This document shows, one piece after another, positions 8,310 through 17,582 of a DNA stretch of 64,000 nt. The notes beneath the pieces are model-generated. The model searched no databases and was not told where the DNA came from. It saw only the letters and a program-made list of their open reading frames with translations. Each line of letters opens with the position of its first letter. The stretch's first letter is position 1. Both the position numbers and the translations under genes were made by a program. This stretch comes from an uncultured Janibacter sp. (lineage in GTDB: Bacteria > Actinomycetota > Actinomycetes > Actinomycetales > Dermatophilaceae), in the NCBI GenBank assembly GCA_964430615.1, contig CAYSGN010000005.1, positions 3,395 to 67,394 on the forward strand, given 5' to 3'.

Positions 8310-9266
8310 CTACTTGATGACGACCGGGTTGACGGGCGACCCGCTGCCCTGCGCCACCTTCAGCGGGGCCGCGGCGTAGAAGACCTCGTAGCAGCCGTCC
8401 TCGGCGCAGTCCGCCGCCAGCTCCTCCAGGTCGGTCAGCTCGGTGAAGGCGACCCCGAGGTTGCGCATGAGGGCGTTGTGCAGCACGAGCGCGGCTCCGC
8501 TGTCGGGGTCGGTGGTCACCTCGTTGGCGATGGTGTCGGTCACGAGGTTGGGGATCTCCATGTCGGCGAACCACCGGACGAGCTCCGGGCTGTAGACCAG
8601 GCCCGGCTCGCAGAAGTCCTCGTAGAAGGCGTCACCGAGCTCGAAGAAGAGCTGGAGGTAGTTCGTGCGGATGAGCAGGATGTCGCGCTTGCGCAGCTCG
8701 ACGCCCTGCTGCTCCGCACATGCCTGGAGGTCCTCGTGGGTGAAGGTCTCGGCGGACTCGAGGCTCTCCTTGCCGCGGAAGCGAGCCATGTCCAGGAGCA
8801 CCGCCCGGCCGACGATCCCTCGCTCGGCGATCGGCTGGACACTGGCCTTCTCCATACCGCCGACGGTGGTCCGGGCGTCGAAGCCGTTCCACAGCTTGCC
8901 GTCGTACCAGACGTGGCCGAGCGCGTCGTACTGCGTGGACCCCTGGAGGAAGCACTCCATCTTGTCGTCGGCGTAGTGCAGCCCGCCCGGGAACTGAGGA
9001 GCATCGTCGCCGTCCCAGGTCGCCTCGTCCATGATCTGGGTGCGCACGGCAGGCTTGCGGCTGGGCCAGACGGGGTCGCCCTTCGGGTCGCCGATGAGGC
9101 GTTGGACGGCGAAGACCTTGCCGGACCTGATGAGTCCGGCGGCGGCGATCACCTGCTCCGGCCCCAGGTAGTTCAGGCTTCCGACCTCGTCCTCCGGACC
9201 CCACTTGCCCCAGTTGGACGGGGAGCCCTCGAGCAGGTCGGTCAGGTCGGGCGTTGCGTCGGTCAT
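8310..9266 (-). CDS. Cyclase-family (kynurenine formamidase-like) hydrolase
   Basis: NWGKWGPEDEVGSLNYL, QGSTQYDALGH, GIVGRAVLLD, DILLIRT, GSGSPVNPVVIK. Confidence 0.8.
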   Translation of the reverse strand: MTDATPDLTDLLEGSPSNWGKWGPEDEVGSLNYLGPEQVIAAAGLIRSGKVFAVQRLIGDPKGDPVWPSRKPAVRTQIMDEATWDGDDAPQFPGGLHYADDKMECFLQGSTQYDALGHVWYDGKLWNGFDARTTVGGMEKASVQPIAERGIVGRAVLLDMARFRGKESLESAETFTHEDLQACAEQQGVELRKRDILLIRTNYLQLFFELGDAFYEDFCEPGLVYSPELVRWFADMEIPNLVTDTIANEVTTDPDSGAALVLHNALMRNLGVAFTELTDLEELAADCAEDGCYEVFYAAAPLKVAQGSGSPVNPVVIK

Positions 9267-9423
9267 CGTGCTCCTCCTTGAGCGTGCGGGACGCAGCACC
9301 TCCCGAGCACTCGGTCGGTGCCGTGCAGGTGATCTCCACCGTGGCCCGTGCGGCGACGGGTGTCAACGGTTCGCGGGTGGGGCGCGCACGCCGCGGCGAC
9401 CGCCGACCCAGGGGCCGCTCGGC

Positions 9424-10770
9424 TCAGCGCACACCGGCGGTGGCCGCGTCCGGTGCCACGACCGGCCCCTCCCGGTCGTGGCGGACGAGCAGGACGCGCA
9501 GCAGGGGCACGCAGGCGAGGCCGAGCGCGGTGGCCGCGACGAGCACCCACAGGCCGGAGGACGGCGAGCCGGTCGCCTTCTCGGTGAGCCCGAAGGCGTA
9601 GGGACCCACGAAGGCACCCGTGAGGCCGATCGTGTTGACGAAGGCCAGACCGGCCGCAGCAGCCACCCCACCGAGCCGGGCCATGAGCACCGACCAGTAG
9701 AGCGGCTGCACGCCGACGATGAAGAGCATCGTCAGGCTCAGGATGATCATCTGCGCGACGGGGTCGCCCACGGCGATGAAGAGGAGGGCGCAGACGATCG
9801 CCGCGGCGGTCGTGATGCCGATGAGGGGGACCTCGGCTCCGGGGGCGCGCCGCAGCACCCGCGGGATCACGAGGACACCGATCACGGCGCCGATCCCGAC
9901 GACACCCGAGATGAGTCCGATCATGAAGCTGTCGGTCACGTGCATCGCCTCGACGATCGACGGCACGAAGAAGACCACGCCGTAGGTCGCGATCTGGTTC
10001 ATGAAGTAGATCGCGGCGACGGTGAGCAGGAAGGGCTTGGACATCGCCTGGCGCACGATCGCGCCGGGCCGCCCGACGTGCGGCTCCTGACCGACGGCGC
10101 GACGGGTGAGCTCGGCGGCCTCGTCCTCGTCGAGCCACGTGGCCTTCGCCGGCGAGTCGGGCAGCGTGAAGAAGATGTAGATGCCGAGCAGGACGGTCGG
10201 GATGCCCTCGAGGACGAAGAGCCACTGCCAGCCGTGCAGGCCGGCGAGGCCCTCGAGCTTCATCAGCGCACCGCCGATCGGGTTGGCGACGATGAAGGCG
10301 ACCGAGGACGCGGTGAGGATGAGACCGACGACGGTGGCGCGGTCCTTCTGCGCGAACCACGTCGTGATGAGGTACATGATCCCCGGGTAGAGGCCGGCCT
10401 CGGCCGCACCGAGCAGGAGCCGCAGGACGTAGAAGACCGTCGGGCTCGAGACGAACATCATCGCCATCGTCAGCAGACCCCAGGTGACGGCGATTCGGCT
10501 GATCCACACCTTCGCCCCGATGCGGTGCAGCACGAGGTTGCTCGGGACCTCCAGCGCTGCATAGGTGACGAAGAAGAGCCCCGCCCCGAGGCCGTACGCC
10601 GCAGCGTCGATCCCGGCGTGCAGCTCGAGCGAGGACTTGGCCAGCCCGACATTCGTCCGGTCGACGAAGGCCATGAAGTAGGCGGCCATGAGGAGCGGCA
10701 CCAGCCGCACGAAGGCCTTGCGCGTCGCTCTCGCGTGGACCGAGTCCGACATCGTCGTCGGTGAGGTCAT
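9424..10770 (-). CDS. MFS transporter (anion:cation symporter-like)
   Basis: FVDRTNVG, EVPSN, GAAEAGLYPG, GWQWLFVLEGIP; about 12 TM segments. Confidence 0.9.
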   Translation of the reverse strand: MTSPTTMSDSVHARATRKAFVRLVPLLMAAYFMAFVDRTNVGLAKSSLELHAGIDAAAYGLGAGLFFVTYAALEVPSNLVLHRIGAKVWISRIAVTWGLLTMAMMFVSSPTVFYVLRLLLGAAEAGLYPGIMYLITTWFAQKDRATVVGLILTASSVAFIVANPIGGALMKLEGLAGLHGWQWLFVLEGIPTVLLGIYIFFTLPDSPAKATWLDEDEAAELTRRAVGQEPHVGRPGAIVRQAMSKPFLLTVAAIYFMNQIATYGVVFFVPSIVEAMHVTDSFMIGLISGVVGIGAVIGVLVIPRVLRRAPGAEVPLIGITTAAAIVCALLFIAVGDPVAQMIILSLTMLFIVGVQPLYWSVLMARLGGVAAAAGLAFVNTIGLTGAFVGPYAFGLTEKATGSPSSGLWVLVAATALGLACVPLLRVLLVRHDREGPVVAPDAATAGVR

Positions 10771-10787
10771 GGTGAAACTCCCCTGTA

Positions 10788-10805
10788 CTTGAAGGATGAT
10801 TCAAG
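10788..10805. promoter_or_regulatory. Palindromic operator, copy 1
   Basis: CTTGAA-GGATGA-TTCAAG in the MFS/ligase divergent region. Confidence 0.75.
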
Positions 10806-10809
10806 TTAT

Positions 10810-10827
10810 CTTGAACCTGCATTCAAG
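10810..10827. promoter_or_regulatory. Palindromic operator, copy 2
   Basis: CTTGAA-CCTGCA-TTCAAG, 22 bp from copy 1. Confidence 0.75.
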
Positions 10828-10866
10828 TTGTGTCAAGGATCACCCATCCACCGGACGGAGACACCG

Positions 10867-12525
10867 ATGACGACCACCCCGACCACCGTCGCCGACCTCC
10901 CCTTCGCCGGGGCCGCCACCCACGGCAGCGCACCCGCGCAGGCCTCGCGTCGCGAGGACGGCTCCTGGCCCACGACCTCGTACGCCGAGATGGCGACGGC
11001 CGTCGACGAGCTGGCCCGTGGCCTCATCGCCCTCGACGTGCAGCCCGGCGACCGCGTGGCGCTGCTCGCCGACACCCGCGCCGAGTGGGCGCAGGTCGCC
11101 TACGCCGTGGCCGCGGCCGGCGGGGTCCTCGTCCCGATCTACGCGACGAACAGCCCGCAGGAGTGCCACTGGGTCCTGCAGGACTCCGGTGCGCGGGCCG
11201 TCGTCTGCGAGGACGCCGGCCAGGTCGCCAAGATCCGGGAGGTCACCGCCGACCTCGACGCCCTCGAGCACGTCCTGTCGATCGAGCCGGCGGAGGGCGT
11301 GGAGGACCTGGCCGCCCTGCGGGAGCGCGGTGCAGGCATCACCGAGGAGGCGCGGTCGGCGCGCACCGCCGAGGTCGCCCCGAACGACCTCGCGGTGATC
11401 ATCTACACCTCCGGCACGACCGGCCGGCCCAAGGGCTGCATGCTCACCCACGACAACCTCATGTCGTGCGCCCGTCAGACCGCCGAGCTCGACATCGTGA
11501 CGAGCGAGGACTCGACCTACCTCTTCCTGCCCCTGGCGCACGTCTACGCCCAGACGCAGAACTTCACGGCGCACGCGCTCGGCGGCTGCACCTACTACGC
11601 CTCCGAGGGGCCGGCCCAGGTGATGCGCGACCTCGCCGAGGTGCGGCCGACCTGCTTTCCCTCGGTGCCGCGCATCTACGAGAAGGTCTACGCAGCCTTC
11701 GCCGGGGCACCGCGCACCGAGGAGGTCCTCGCCCGGGCGAAGGGAGCCCTCGGCGGGCGCATCCGCGTCGCCATCAGCGGCGCCGCCCCCATCGCCGGGG
11801 AGATCCTCGAGTTCTTCCACGCAGCGGGCGTCCCCGTCTACGAGGGCTACGGGCTGAGCGAGTCCACCGCCTTCGGCACGGTCAACCTGCCGGACGCGAC
11901 CCGCATCGGCACCATCGGCCGGCCGATGCCCTTCGGCGAGGTCCGCATCGCCGAGGACGGCGAGATCCAGATGCGCGGGCCGCACATCTTCGCCGGCTAC
12001 TGGCACAACGACGAGGCGACGGCGCAGACCTTCACCGAGGACGGCTGGCTGCGCACCGGCGACCTCGGCGAGATCGACGCCGACGGCTACGTGCGGATCA
12101 CCGGCCGCACCAAGGACATCATCATCACCGCAGGCGGCAAGAACATCGCACCGGCCGCCTTCGAGAACGAGCTGCGGCAGTCCCCCTTCGTCTCGCACGT
12201 CGTCATGCACGGCGACCGGCGCCCCTACCCCGTCGCGCTCATCACGCTCGACCCCGACCACGTCGTGCCGTGGGCCCGCGAGCAGGGACTGCCCGAGGAC
12301 CTCGACGCGCTCCGCGAGGACCCGACGCTGCGCGCCCGCCTCCAGGAGGAGGTCGACGCGGCCAACAGCCACCTCGCCCGCGTCGAGCAGGTCAAGCGCT
12401 TCGCGGTCCTGCCGCGCGACTTCTCCCCCGAGACCGGCGAGCTCACCGTGACGCTCAAGCTGCGCCGCTCGGTCGTCGAGGACCGCTACCGGCAGGTCCT
12501 CGACGACCTCTACGCCCAGGAGTGA
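10867..12525 (+). CDS. Long-chain acyl-CoA synthetase (FadD15/ACSL-like)
   Basis: IYTSGTTGRPKGC, FLPLAHVY, EGYGLSES, LRTGDLG, GRTKDIIITAGGKNIAP; start MTTTP at 10867. Confidence 0.88.
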   Translation: MTTTPTTVADLPFAGAATHGSAPAQASRREDGSWPTTSYAEMATAVDELARGLIALDVQPGDRVALLADTRAEWAQVAYAVAAAGGVLVPIYATNSPQECHWVLQDSGARAVVCEDAGQVAKIREVTADLDALEHVLSIEPAEGVEDLAALRERGAGITEEARSARTAEVAPNDLAVIIYTSGTTGRPKGCMLTHDNLMSCARQTAELDIVTSEDSTYLFLPLAHVYAQTQNFTAHALGGCTYYASEGPAQVMRDLAEVRPTCFPSVPRIYEKVYAAFAGAPRTEEVLARAKGALGGRIRVAISGAAPIAGEILEFFHAAGVPVYEGYGLSESTAFGTVNLPDATRIGTIGRPMPFGEVRIAEDGEIQMRGPHIFAGYWHNDEATAQTFTEDGWLRTGDLGEIDADGYVRITGRTKDIIITAGGKNIAPAAFENELRQSPFVSHVVMHGDRRPYPVALITLDPDHVVPWAREQGLPEDLDALREDPTLRARLQEEVDAANSHLARVEQVKRFAVLPRDFSPETGELTVTLKLRRSVVEDRYRQVLDDLYAQE

Positions 12526-12700
12526 GTCACCCGCGGCCGACGGTGATCGGAAGTGACTCGCTGGTAGGACGACCACTACGGATGTCGAGTCCGGCGAGAT
12601 CCCCGATTTCCCGGGGTGCCGTGATCGGCGAGGGCGGCGACATGGTGTCGTACCCGCGAGTAGCTCACGGCGGACCGCAGGAGTGAGTCACCCGCGGCCG
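12517..12700. repeat. 23-bp direct repeat flanking a 138-bp insert
   Basis: CAGGAGTGAGTCACCCGCGGCCG at 12517-12539 and at 12678-12700. Confidence 0.9.
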
Positions 12701-14358
12701 GCGACCACCTCGTCGGCCCGGGCGAGCAGCTCGGCCTTGCGGATCTTGCCGGTGTCGGTGAGCGGGAAGGCCTCGACGACCTCGACGGTCGGCACCTTGT
12801 AGACCGCCATCCGCTCCCGGGCCCACTCCTCGAGCTCGGCGGCGGTGAGGCGAGCGCCGTCGCGGACGCTGACGAAGGCGACCGGACGCTGCCCCGTCTC
12901 GACGTCGTCCGCGGGGACGACCGCGACCGAGGCGATGTCGTCGTGACCGGCGAGCATCATCTCGACCTCGGCCGGGAAGACACTCATGCCGTTGACCTTG
13001 ATCATGTCCTTGGTCCGCGCCAGGTAGTGCAGGCACCCGTCGTCGTCGAGGTAGCCCGTGTCGCCGGTGTGCAGCCACCCGCCGCGCAGCTGCTCGGCGC
13101 TCGCCTGCGGGTTGCGCCAGTAGCCGGTCATGATCGAGGGGCTGCGCAGGAGGATCTCCCCCGCCGTGCCGAAGGGAACGGGGTCGCCGCTCTCGGGGTC
13201 GACGACGACCACGTCGGTACCGGGGACCGGCAGCCCGCAGAAGACCGGCTCGGTGAGCAGGTCGTGGTCGCCGTCGTGGAAGCCGTAGGGGACGACGTCG
13301 ACCGTGTGGCTCTCGGTCATGCCGAAGGAGCCCTCGCGCAGGATCGACCCGGCACCGACGACCTCGGCCCAGCGGTGGCGCACCTCGGGCGTGAGCTTGC
13401 GGATGAAGGACATCGCCATCGGCGCGGTGAAGGAGGTGAGGTCCCGCTCGGCCAGCCCGGGCAGGTCGAGGATGTCGAGATAGCTCTCGACCGTCGCGGC
13501 GGTCGTCGTCACGCGGTACCGCTCGACGAGGTCGACGACGGTGGCGGCGTCCCACCGCTCGAGGAGGACGGTCGTGCCACCCATGACGAGCGGGATGAGG
13601 ATGCCCAGGTCCTCCCCCGCGATCCAGAAGACGGGGATGAAGCACAGCGAGACGATGTGCGTGCCGTCGAAGCCGTTGGCCCCCGAGGCACTCACCGCCG
13701 TGTAGACCATGTGCCGCTGCGTGTGCTCGCAGCCCTTGGGCAGGCCGGTCGTCCCGCCCGTGTAGTTGAGCGCCGCGAGCGCGTCGAGGTCCCGGGCCGG
13801 TTCGACGAGCGGCTCGGCGGTCGTCGTGTCCGACCACCGCACGACCTCGACCCCCTCGACGGCAGGAAGAGGGTCCCCCTCATCTCCCAGCACGACGACC
13901 GTGCGCACGGCGGTCTCGGCGGCGGCATCGCAGAGACGTTGTGCCAGAGGGGCGCTCGTCACGACGACGGTCGTGCCGGAGTCCGCGAGCTCGTGGACGA
14001 GCTCCGCGTGGCGAAACATCGGGTTGACCGGGACGTGCACGCAGCCGGCGCGCAGCGTGCCGAGGAAGGCGAGGACGAACTCGGGCACGTTGCCCAGGTG
14101 GACGCCGACCCGCTCACCGGGGGCGACCCCCTTCGCCCGCAGCCACCCGGCCCACCGCGCATGGCGGTCGGCGAGCTCGCGGTAGGTGATCGTCACGTCG
14201 TCGTGGACGACGGCCGCGTCGATCGGGCGCTGCTGCGCCCACGCGTCGACGTACTCGGGCACGGTGAGACACCCGAGCGGGTGGATGACCTCGCGTGGGG
14301 TGTCGGCGGGGCGCACGCGCTCCTGTCGGCGGCGGATCTCCTGCAGGTGCTGCTCCAT
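12688..14358 (-). CDS. Acyl-CoA synthetase (AMP-binding)
   Basis: NYTGGTTGLPKG, FGMTES, LHTGDTG, RTKDMIK, TGKIRK. Confidence 0.88.
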   Translation of the reverse strand: MEQHLQEIRRRQERVRPADTPREVIHPLGCLTVPEYVDAWAQQRPIDAAVVHDDVTITYRELADRHARWAGWLRAKGVAPGERVGVHLGNVPEFVLAFLGTLRAGCVHVPVNPMFRHAELVHELADSGTTVVVTSAPLAQRLCDAAAETAVRTVVVLGDEGDPLPAVEGVEVVRWSDTTTAEPLVEPARDLDALAALNYTGGTTGLPKGCEHTQRHMVYTAVSASGANGFDGTHIVSLCFIPVFWIAGEDLGILIPLVMGGTTVLLERWDAATVVDLVERYRVTTTAATVESYLDILDLPGLAERDLTSFTAPMAMSFIRKLTPEVRHRWAEVVGAGSILREGSFGMTESHTVDVVPYGFHDGDHDLLTEPVFCGLPVPGTDVVVVDPESGDPVPFGTAGEILLRSPSIMTGYWRNPQASAEQLRGGWLHTGDTGYLDDDGCLHYLARTKDMIKVNGMSVFPAEVEMMLAGHDDIASVAVVPADDVETGQRPVAFVSVRDGARLTAAELEEWARERMAVYKVPTVEVVEAFPLTDTGKIRKAELLARADEVVAGRG

Positions 14359-14373
14359 GTGCGCTCCCTCGCG

Positions 14374-17300
14374 TCACCAGGTGTCGATGTAGCGGACCGG
14401 TCCCTCGTCGGAGACCGAGGTCGGCAGGGCGGTGAGGATCCACTGCCGGGTGTCGGCCGGGTCGATGACGTCGTCGAGCTCGACGACCGCGGCCGCGTTG
14501 ACCGCGCGCCCGCGCTCGTAGAGGTCGTCGAGCAGGCGCTGCTCGAGCTGCCGGCGCTCGGTGGGGTCGGCGACGGCCTCGAGCTCGCGGCGGTAGCCGA
14601 GGCGGACCGCACCCTCGAGCCCCATGCCGCCGACCTCGCCCATCGGCCACGCCACGGTCGCGGCCGGGCGGTGGAAGCTGCCGGCCGCCATCGCCTGCGC
14701 GCCGAGGCCGTAGGCCTTACGCAGCACGACGGTGATGATCGGCACCCGCAGGTGCGCCCCGATGACGAAGAGCCGGGCGAAGTGGCGCACCGTCGCGGTC
14801 CGCTCGTGGTCGGGGCCAACCATGAACCCCGGTGTGTCGCAGAGGGACACGACGGGCAGGCCGTGGGCGTCGCACAGCTGGAGGAAGCGCGCGAGCTTGT
14901 CGGCCGCCGGGGTGTCGATCGCGCCGCCGAGGTGGCGCGGGTTGTTGGCGACGAGGCCCATCGGGCGCCCCTCGATGCGCACGAGGGCCGTGACGACGCC
15001 CGGGGCGAATCCGGCGCGCAGCTCGAGCACGGAGTCCTCGTCGGCGAGCGCGTCGATCGCGGCGTGGACGTCGTAGGCGCGCACCCGGTTGGTCGGCACG
15101 ACGTGGCGCAGCGCGCGCTGGTCGGCCGCCGTCCACTCCTCGTGCGCCCCCTGGAAGTACCCGAGGTAGCGCTGCGCGACGGCGACCGCCTCGGCCTCGT
15201 CGTCGACGACGACGTCGACGACGCCGTTGCTGCCCTGCACCTCGATCGGGCCGACCTCCTCGGGGGCGAAGACGCCGAGGCCGCCCCCTTCGATCATCGC
15301 GGGGCCGCCCATGCCGATCGTCGAGTCGCGGGTGGCGATGACGACGTCGCAGCAGCCGAGGAGCGCGGCGTTGCCGGCGAAGCAGCGCCCGGCGGCGATG
15401 CCGATCGTCGGCACGAGCCCGCTGAGCCGGCCCATCGTCGCGAAGGTCGGGACGTCGAGGCCGCTCGCGACGGTCGTGTCGGTGTCGCCGGGGCGACCAC
15501 CGCCCCCTTCGGCGAAGAGGACGACGGGCAGGCGCTGCTGCTCGGCGATCTCGAGGATCCGGTCGGTCTTCTTGTGGTTGAGGTAGCCCTGGGTGCCCGC
15601 GAGGACCGTGTAGTCGTAGGCGAGGACGGCGCAGCGGGTGTCCTGCGCCGGCGCGGAGGTGATGCGCCCGATCCCGGTGACGATGCCGTCGGCCGGGGTG
15701 TGGGCGATGAGGTCCTCCTCGCTGCGGCGAGCGCGCTGCGCGGCGACGGCGAGGCCGCCGTACTCGACGAAGCTGCCCTCGTCGACGAGGTCGGCGATGT
15801 TGTCCCGCGCGGTGCGCTGCCCGCGTGCGTGGCGCTTGGCGACGGCCTCGGGACGCGCCTCGTCGAGGCGTCGGCGACGGCGCTCCTCGAGCCGGGTGAG
15901 GTCGGGACGCTCCGCGTCGAGGTCGGGGCCGTCGTCGAGCGCACCGACGGTGTCGCCGTCGGACGAAGGGAGCAGCCGCACGAGCAGATCGCCCGGCGAG
16001 GTCGTCTCGCCGGGTCGGACCGTGACGTCCGTGACGACCCCGCTGACGGGGGCGAGGACGAGGTGCTCCATCTTCATCGCCTCGACGACGACGAGCGGTG
16101 TCCCGGCGGCGACCTCGGCGCCCGCCTCGACGTCGACGGACAGGACGGTGCCGGCCATCTCGGCGAGGACCTCGCCGGTGGCCCCTTCGACCGTGTCGGC
16201 CGCGACTGCGAGACCGGCCTGCCCGATCCACCGGGTCGTCACCGCCCAGGTCGCGATGTCGTCGTGGGCGAGCAGCGCGCGCAGGAGCGGCAGGTTGGTC
16301 TCGACGCCGCCGATGGTGCACTCGGCGGCAGCCGCACGGGCCTTGCCGAGCGCCCCGGCGTGACCTGCCCGGCTGTGGACGACGACCTTGGCGACGAGCG
16401 AGTCGAAGGCGCCGTCGATGCGGGTACCCGTGACGAGGTGGGTGTCGACGCGGACGCCGGGTCCGGTGGGCAGGGCCAGCTCGGCGACGACGCCGTGGGC
16501 GGGCAGCGCCTCGCCGGAGCTGCCCGTGTGCTCGGCCGCGACCCGCAGCTCGACGGCCGCGTCGGTCACGGGTAGGGGCGTCGCGAGGCCGACGTCGGCG
16601 AGGGTGTCCCCCGCGGCGAGCCGCAGCTGGGTGAGGACGAGGTCGACGCCCGTGACCATCTCGGTCACCGGGTGCTCGACCTGCAGGCGGGGGTTGACCT
16701 CGATGAACCACCACCGCGTCGGGTCGTCGGCGTCGACGAGGAACTCGACGGTCGCCAGGCCTCGGTAGCCGCGCCCGGAGAGGAGGCGTACGGCGGCGTC
16801 GTGCAGGGCAGCGCGCACCTCGTCCGGCAGGTCGGGGGCCGGCGCGACCTCGACGACCTTCTGGAAGCGCCGCTGGAGCGTGCAGTCCCGCTCGCCGAGG
16901 TGGGTGACGCCCTGGCCGTCGGCGACGACCTGGACCTCGATGTGTCGTGCCCGCTCGACGTAGAGCTCGGCGAAGAGCTCACCGGAGCCGGAGCTGCGCT
17001 CGGCCTCGGAGCGGGCCCGCTCCCAGGCATCGGCGAGCGGCTCTCCGGCGGGCACCGCGCGCATGCCGCGCCCGCCACCACCGGAGGCCGCCTTGATCAT
17101 CACACCGCCGGGGAGCTGCTCCCGGGCGAAGGCCTGGGCCTCCTCCCGGCTCACCCCTGCGGGGGTCGCCGGCAGGACCGGGACCGCCGCCCCCTGCGCG
17201 GCGTCCCGGGCACTGCCCTTGTCGCCGAAGAGCTCGAGCAGCTCGGCGTCCGGTCCGACGAAGGTGATCCCGGCGTCGGCACAGGCCCGGGCGAGGACCG

Positions 17301-17562
17301 GGCTCTCGCTGAGGAAGCCGTAGCCGGGGTGGAGCAGGGTGCACCCGTGCTCCACGGCCCCGGCGACGAGGGCGGCGGCGTCGAGATAGGCCGCCGCCCC
17401 CTCACCGGGCAGCACGTGCACGGAGCTCGCCAGGCGAGCCGCGACGGAGTCCGCCTCCGCCCGCGTGACGGCCACGACGGCGTCGAGGCCGGCCTCACGG
17501 GCCGCCCGGACGACCCGGACGGCGATCTCCCCGCGGTTGGCGACGTAGACCGACTCCGTCAC
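14374..17562 (-). CDS. Single-chain acyl-CoA carboxylase (BC-BCCP-CT fusion, LCC type)
   Basis: ANRGEIA, HPGYGFLSE, IEVNPRLQVEH (BC); EAMKM biotinylation motif; AGTQG, GGGGRPGD, DTPGFMVG (CT); GTG 17562 with GGAGGGAG RBS. Confidence 0.9.
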   Translation of the reverse strand: MTESVYVANRGEIAVRVVRAAREAGLDAVVAVTRAEADSVAARLASSVHVLPGEGAAAYLDAAALVAGAVEHGCTLLHPGYGFLSESPVLARACADAGITFVGPDAELLELFGDKGSARDAAQGAAVPVLPATPAGVSREEAQAFAREQLPGGVMIKAASGGGGRGMRAVPAGEPLADAWERARSEAERSSGSGELFAELYVERARHIEVQVVADGQGVTHLGERDCTLQRRFQKVVEVAPAPDLPDEVRAALHDAAVRLLSGRGYRGLATVEFLVDADDPTRWWFIEVNPRLQVEHPVTEMVTGVDLVLTQLRLAAGDTLADVGLATPLPVTDAAVELRVAAEHTGSSGEALPAHGVVAELALPTGPGVRVDTHLVTGTRIDGAFDSLVAKVVVHSRAGHAGALGKARAAAAECTIGGVETNLPLLRALLAHDDIATWAVTTRWIGQAGLAVAADTVEGATGEVLAEMAGTVLSVDVEAGAEVAAGTPLVVVEAMKMEHLVLAPVSGVVTDVTVRPGETTSPGDLLVRLLPSSDGDTVGALDDGPDLDAERPDLTRLEERRRRRLDEARPEAVAKRHARGQRTARDNIADLVDEGSFVEYGGLAVAAQRARRSEEDLIAHTPADGIVTGIGRITSAPAQDTRCAVLAYDYTVLAGTQGYLNHKKTDRILEIAEQQRLPVVLFAEGGGGRPGDTDTTVASGLDVPTFATMGRLSGLVPTIGIAAGRCFAGNAALLGCCDVVIATRDSTIGMGGPAMIEGGGLGVFAPEEVGPIEVQGSNGVVDVVVDDEAEAVAVAQRYLGYFQGAHEEWTAADQRALRHVVPTNRVRAYDVHAAIDALADEDSVLELRAGFAPGVVTALVRIEGRPMGLVANNPRHLGGAIDTPAADKLARFLQLCDAHGLPVVSLCDTPGFMVGPDHERTATVRHFARLFVIGAHLRVPIITVVLRKAYGLGAQAMAAGSFHRPAATVAWPMGEVGGMGLEGAVRLGYRRELEAVADPTERRQLEQRLLDDLYERGRAVNAAAVVELDDVIDPADTRQWILTALPTSVSDEGPVRYIDTW

Positions 17563-17582
17563 GTGCGACTCCCTCCGTCGGC

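Noticed and set aside
7269-9281. 670-aa plus-strand ORF and many other Arg/Pro/Gly-rich ORFs in the track
   Set aside because: Alternate-frame or antisense artefacts overlapping well-supported genes.
12943-16575. 1210-aa plus-strand ORF
   Set aside because: Antisense shadow of the real minus-strand ligase and carboxylase genes; long stop-free antisense frames are expected at this GC content, and it has no recognisable motifs.
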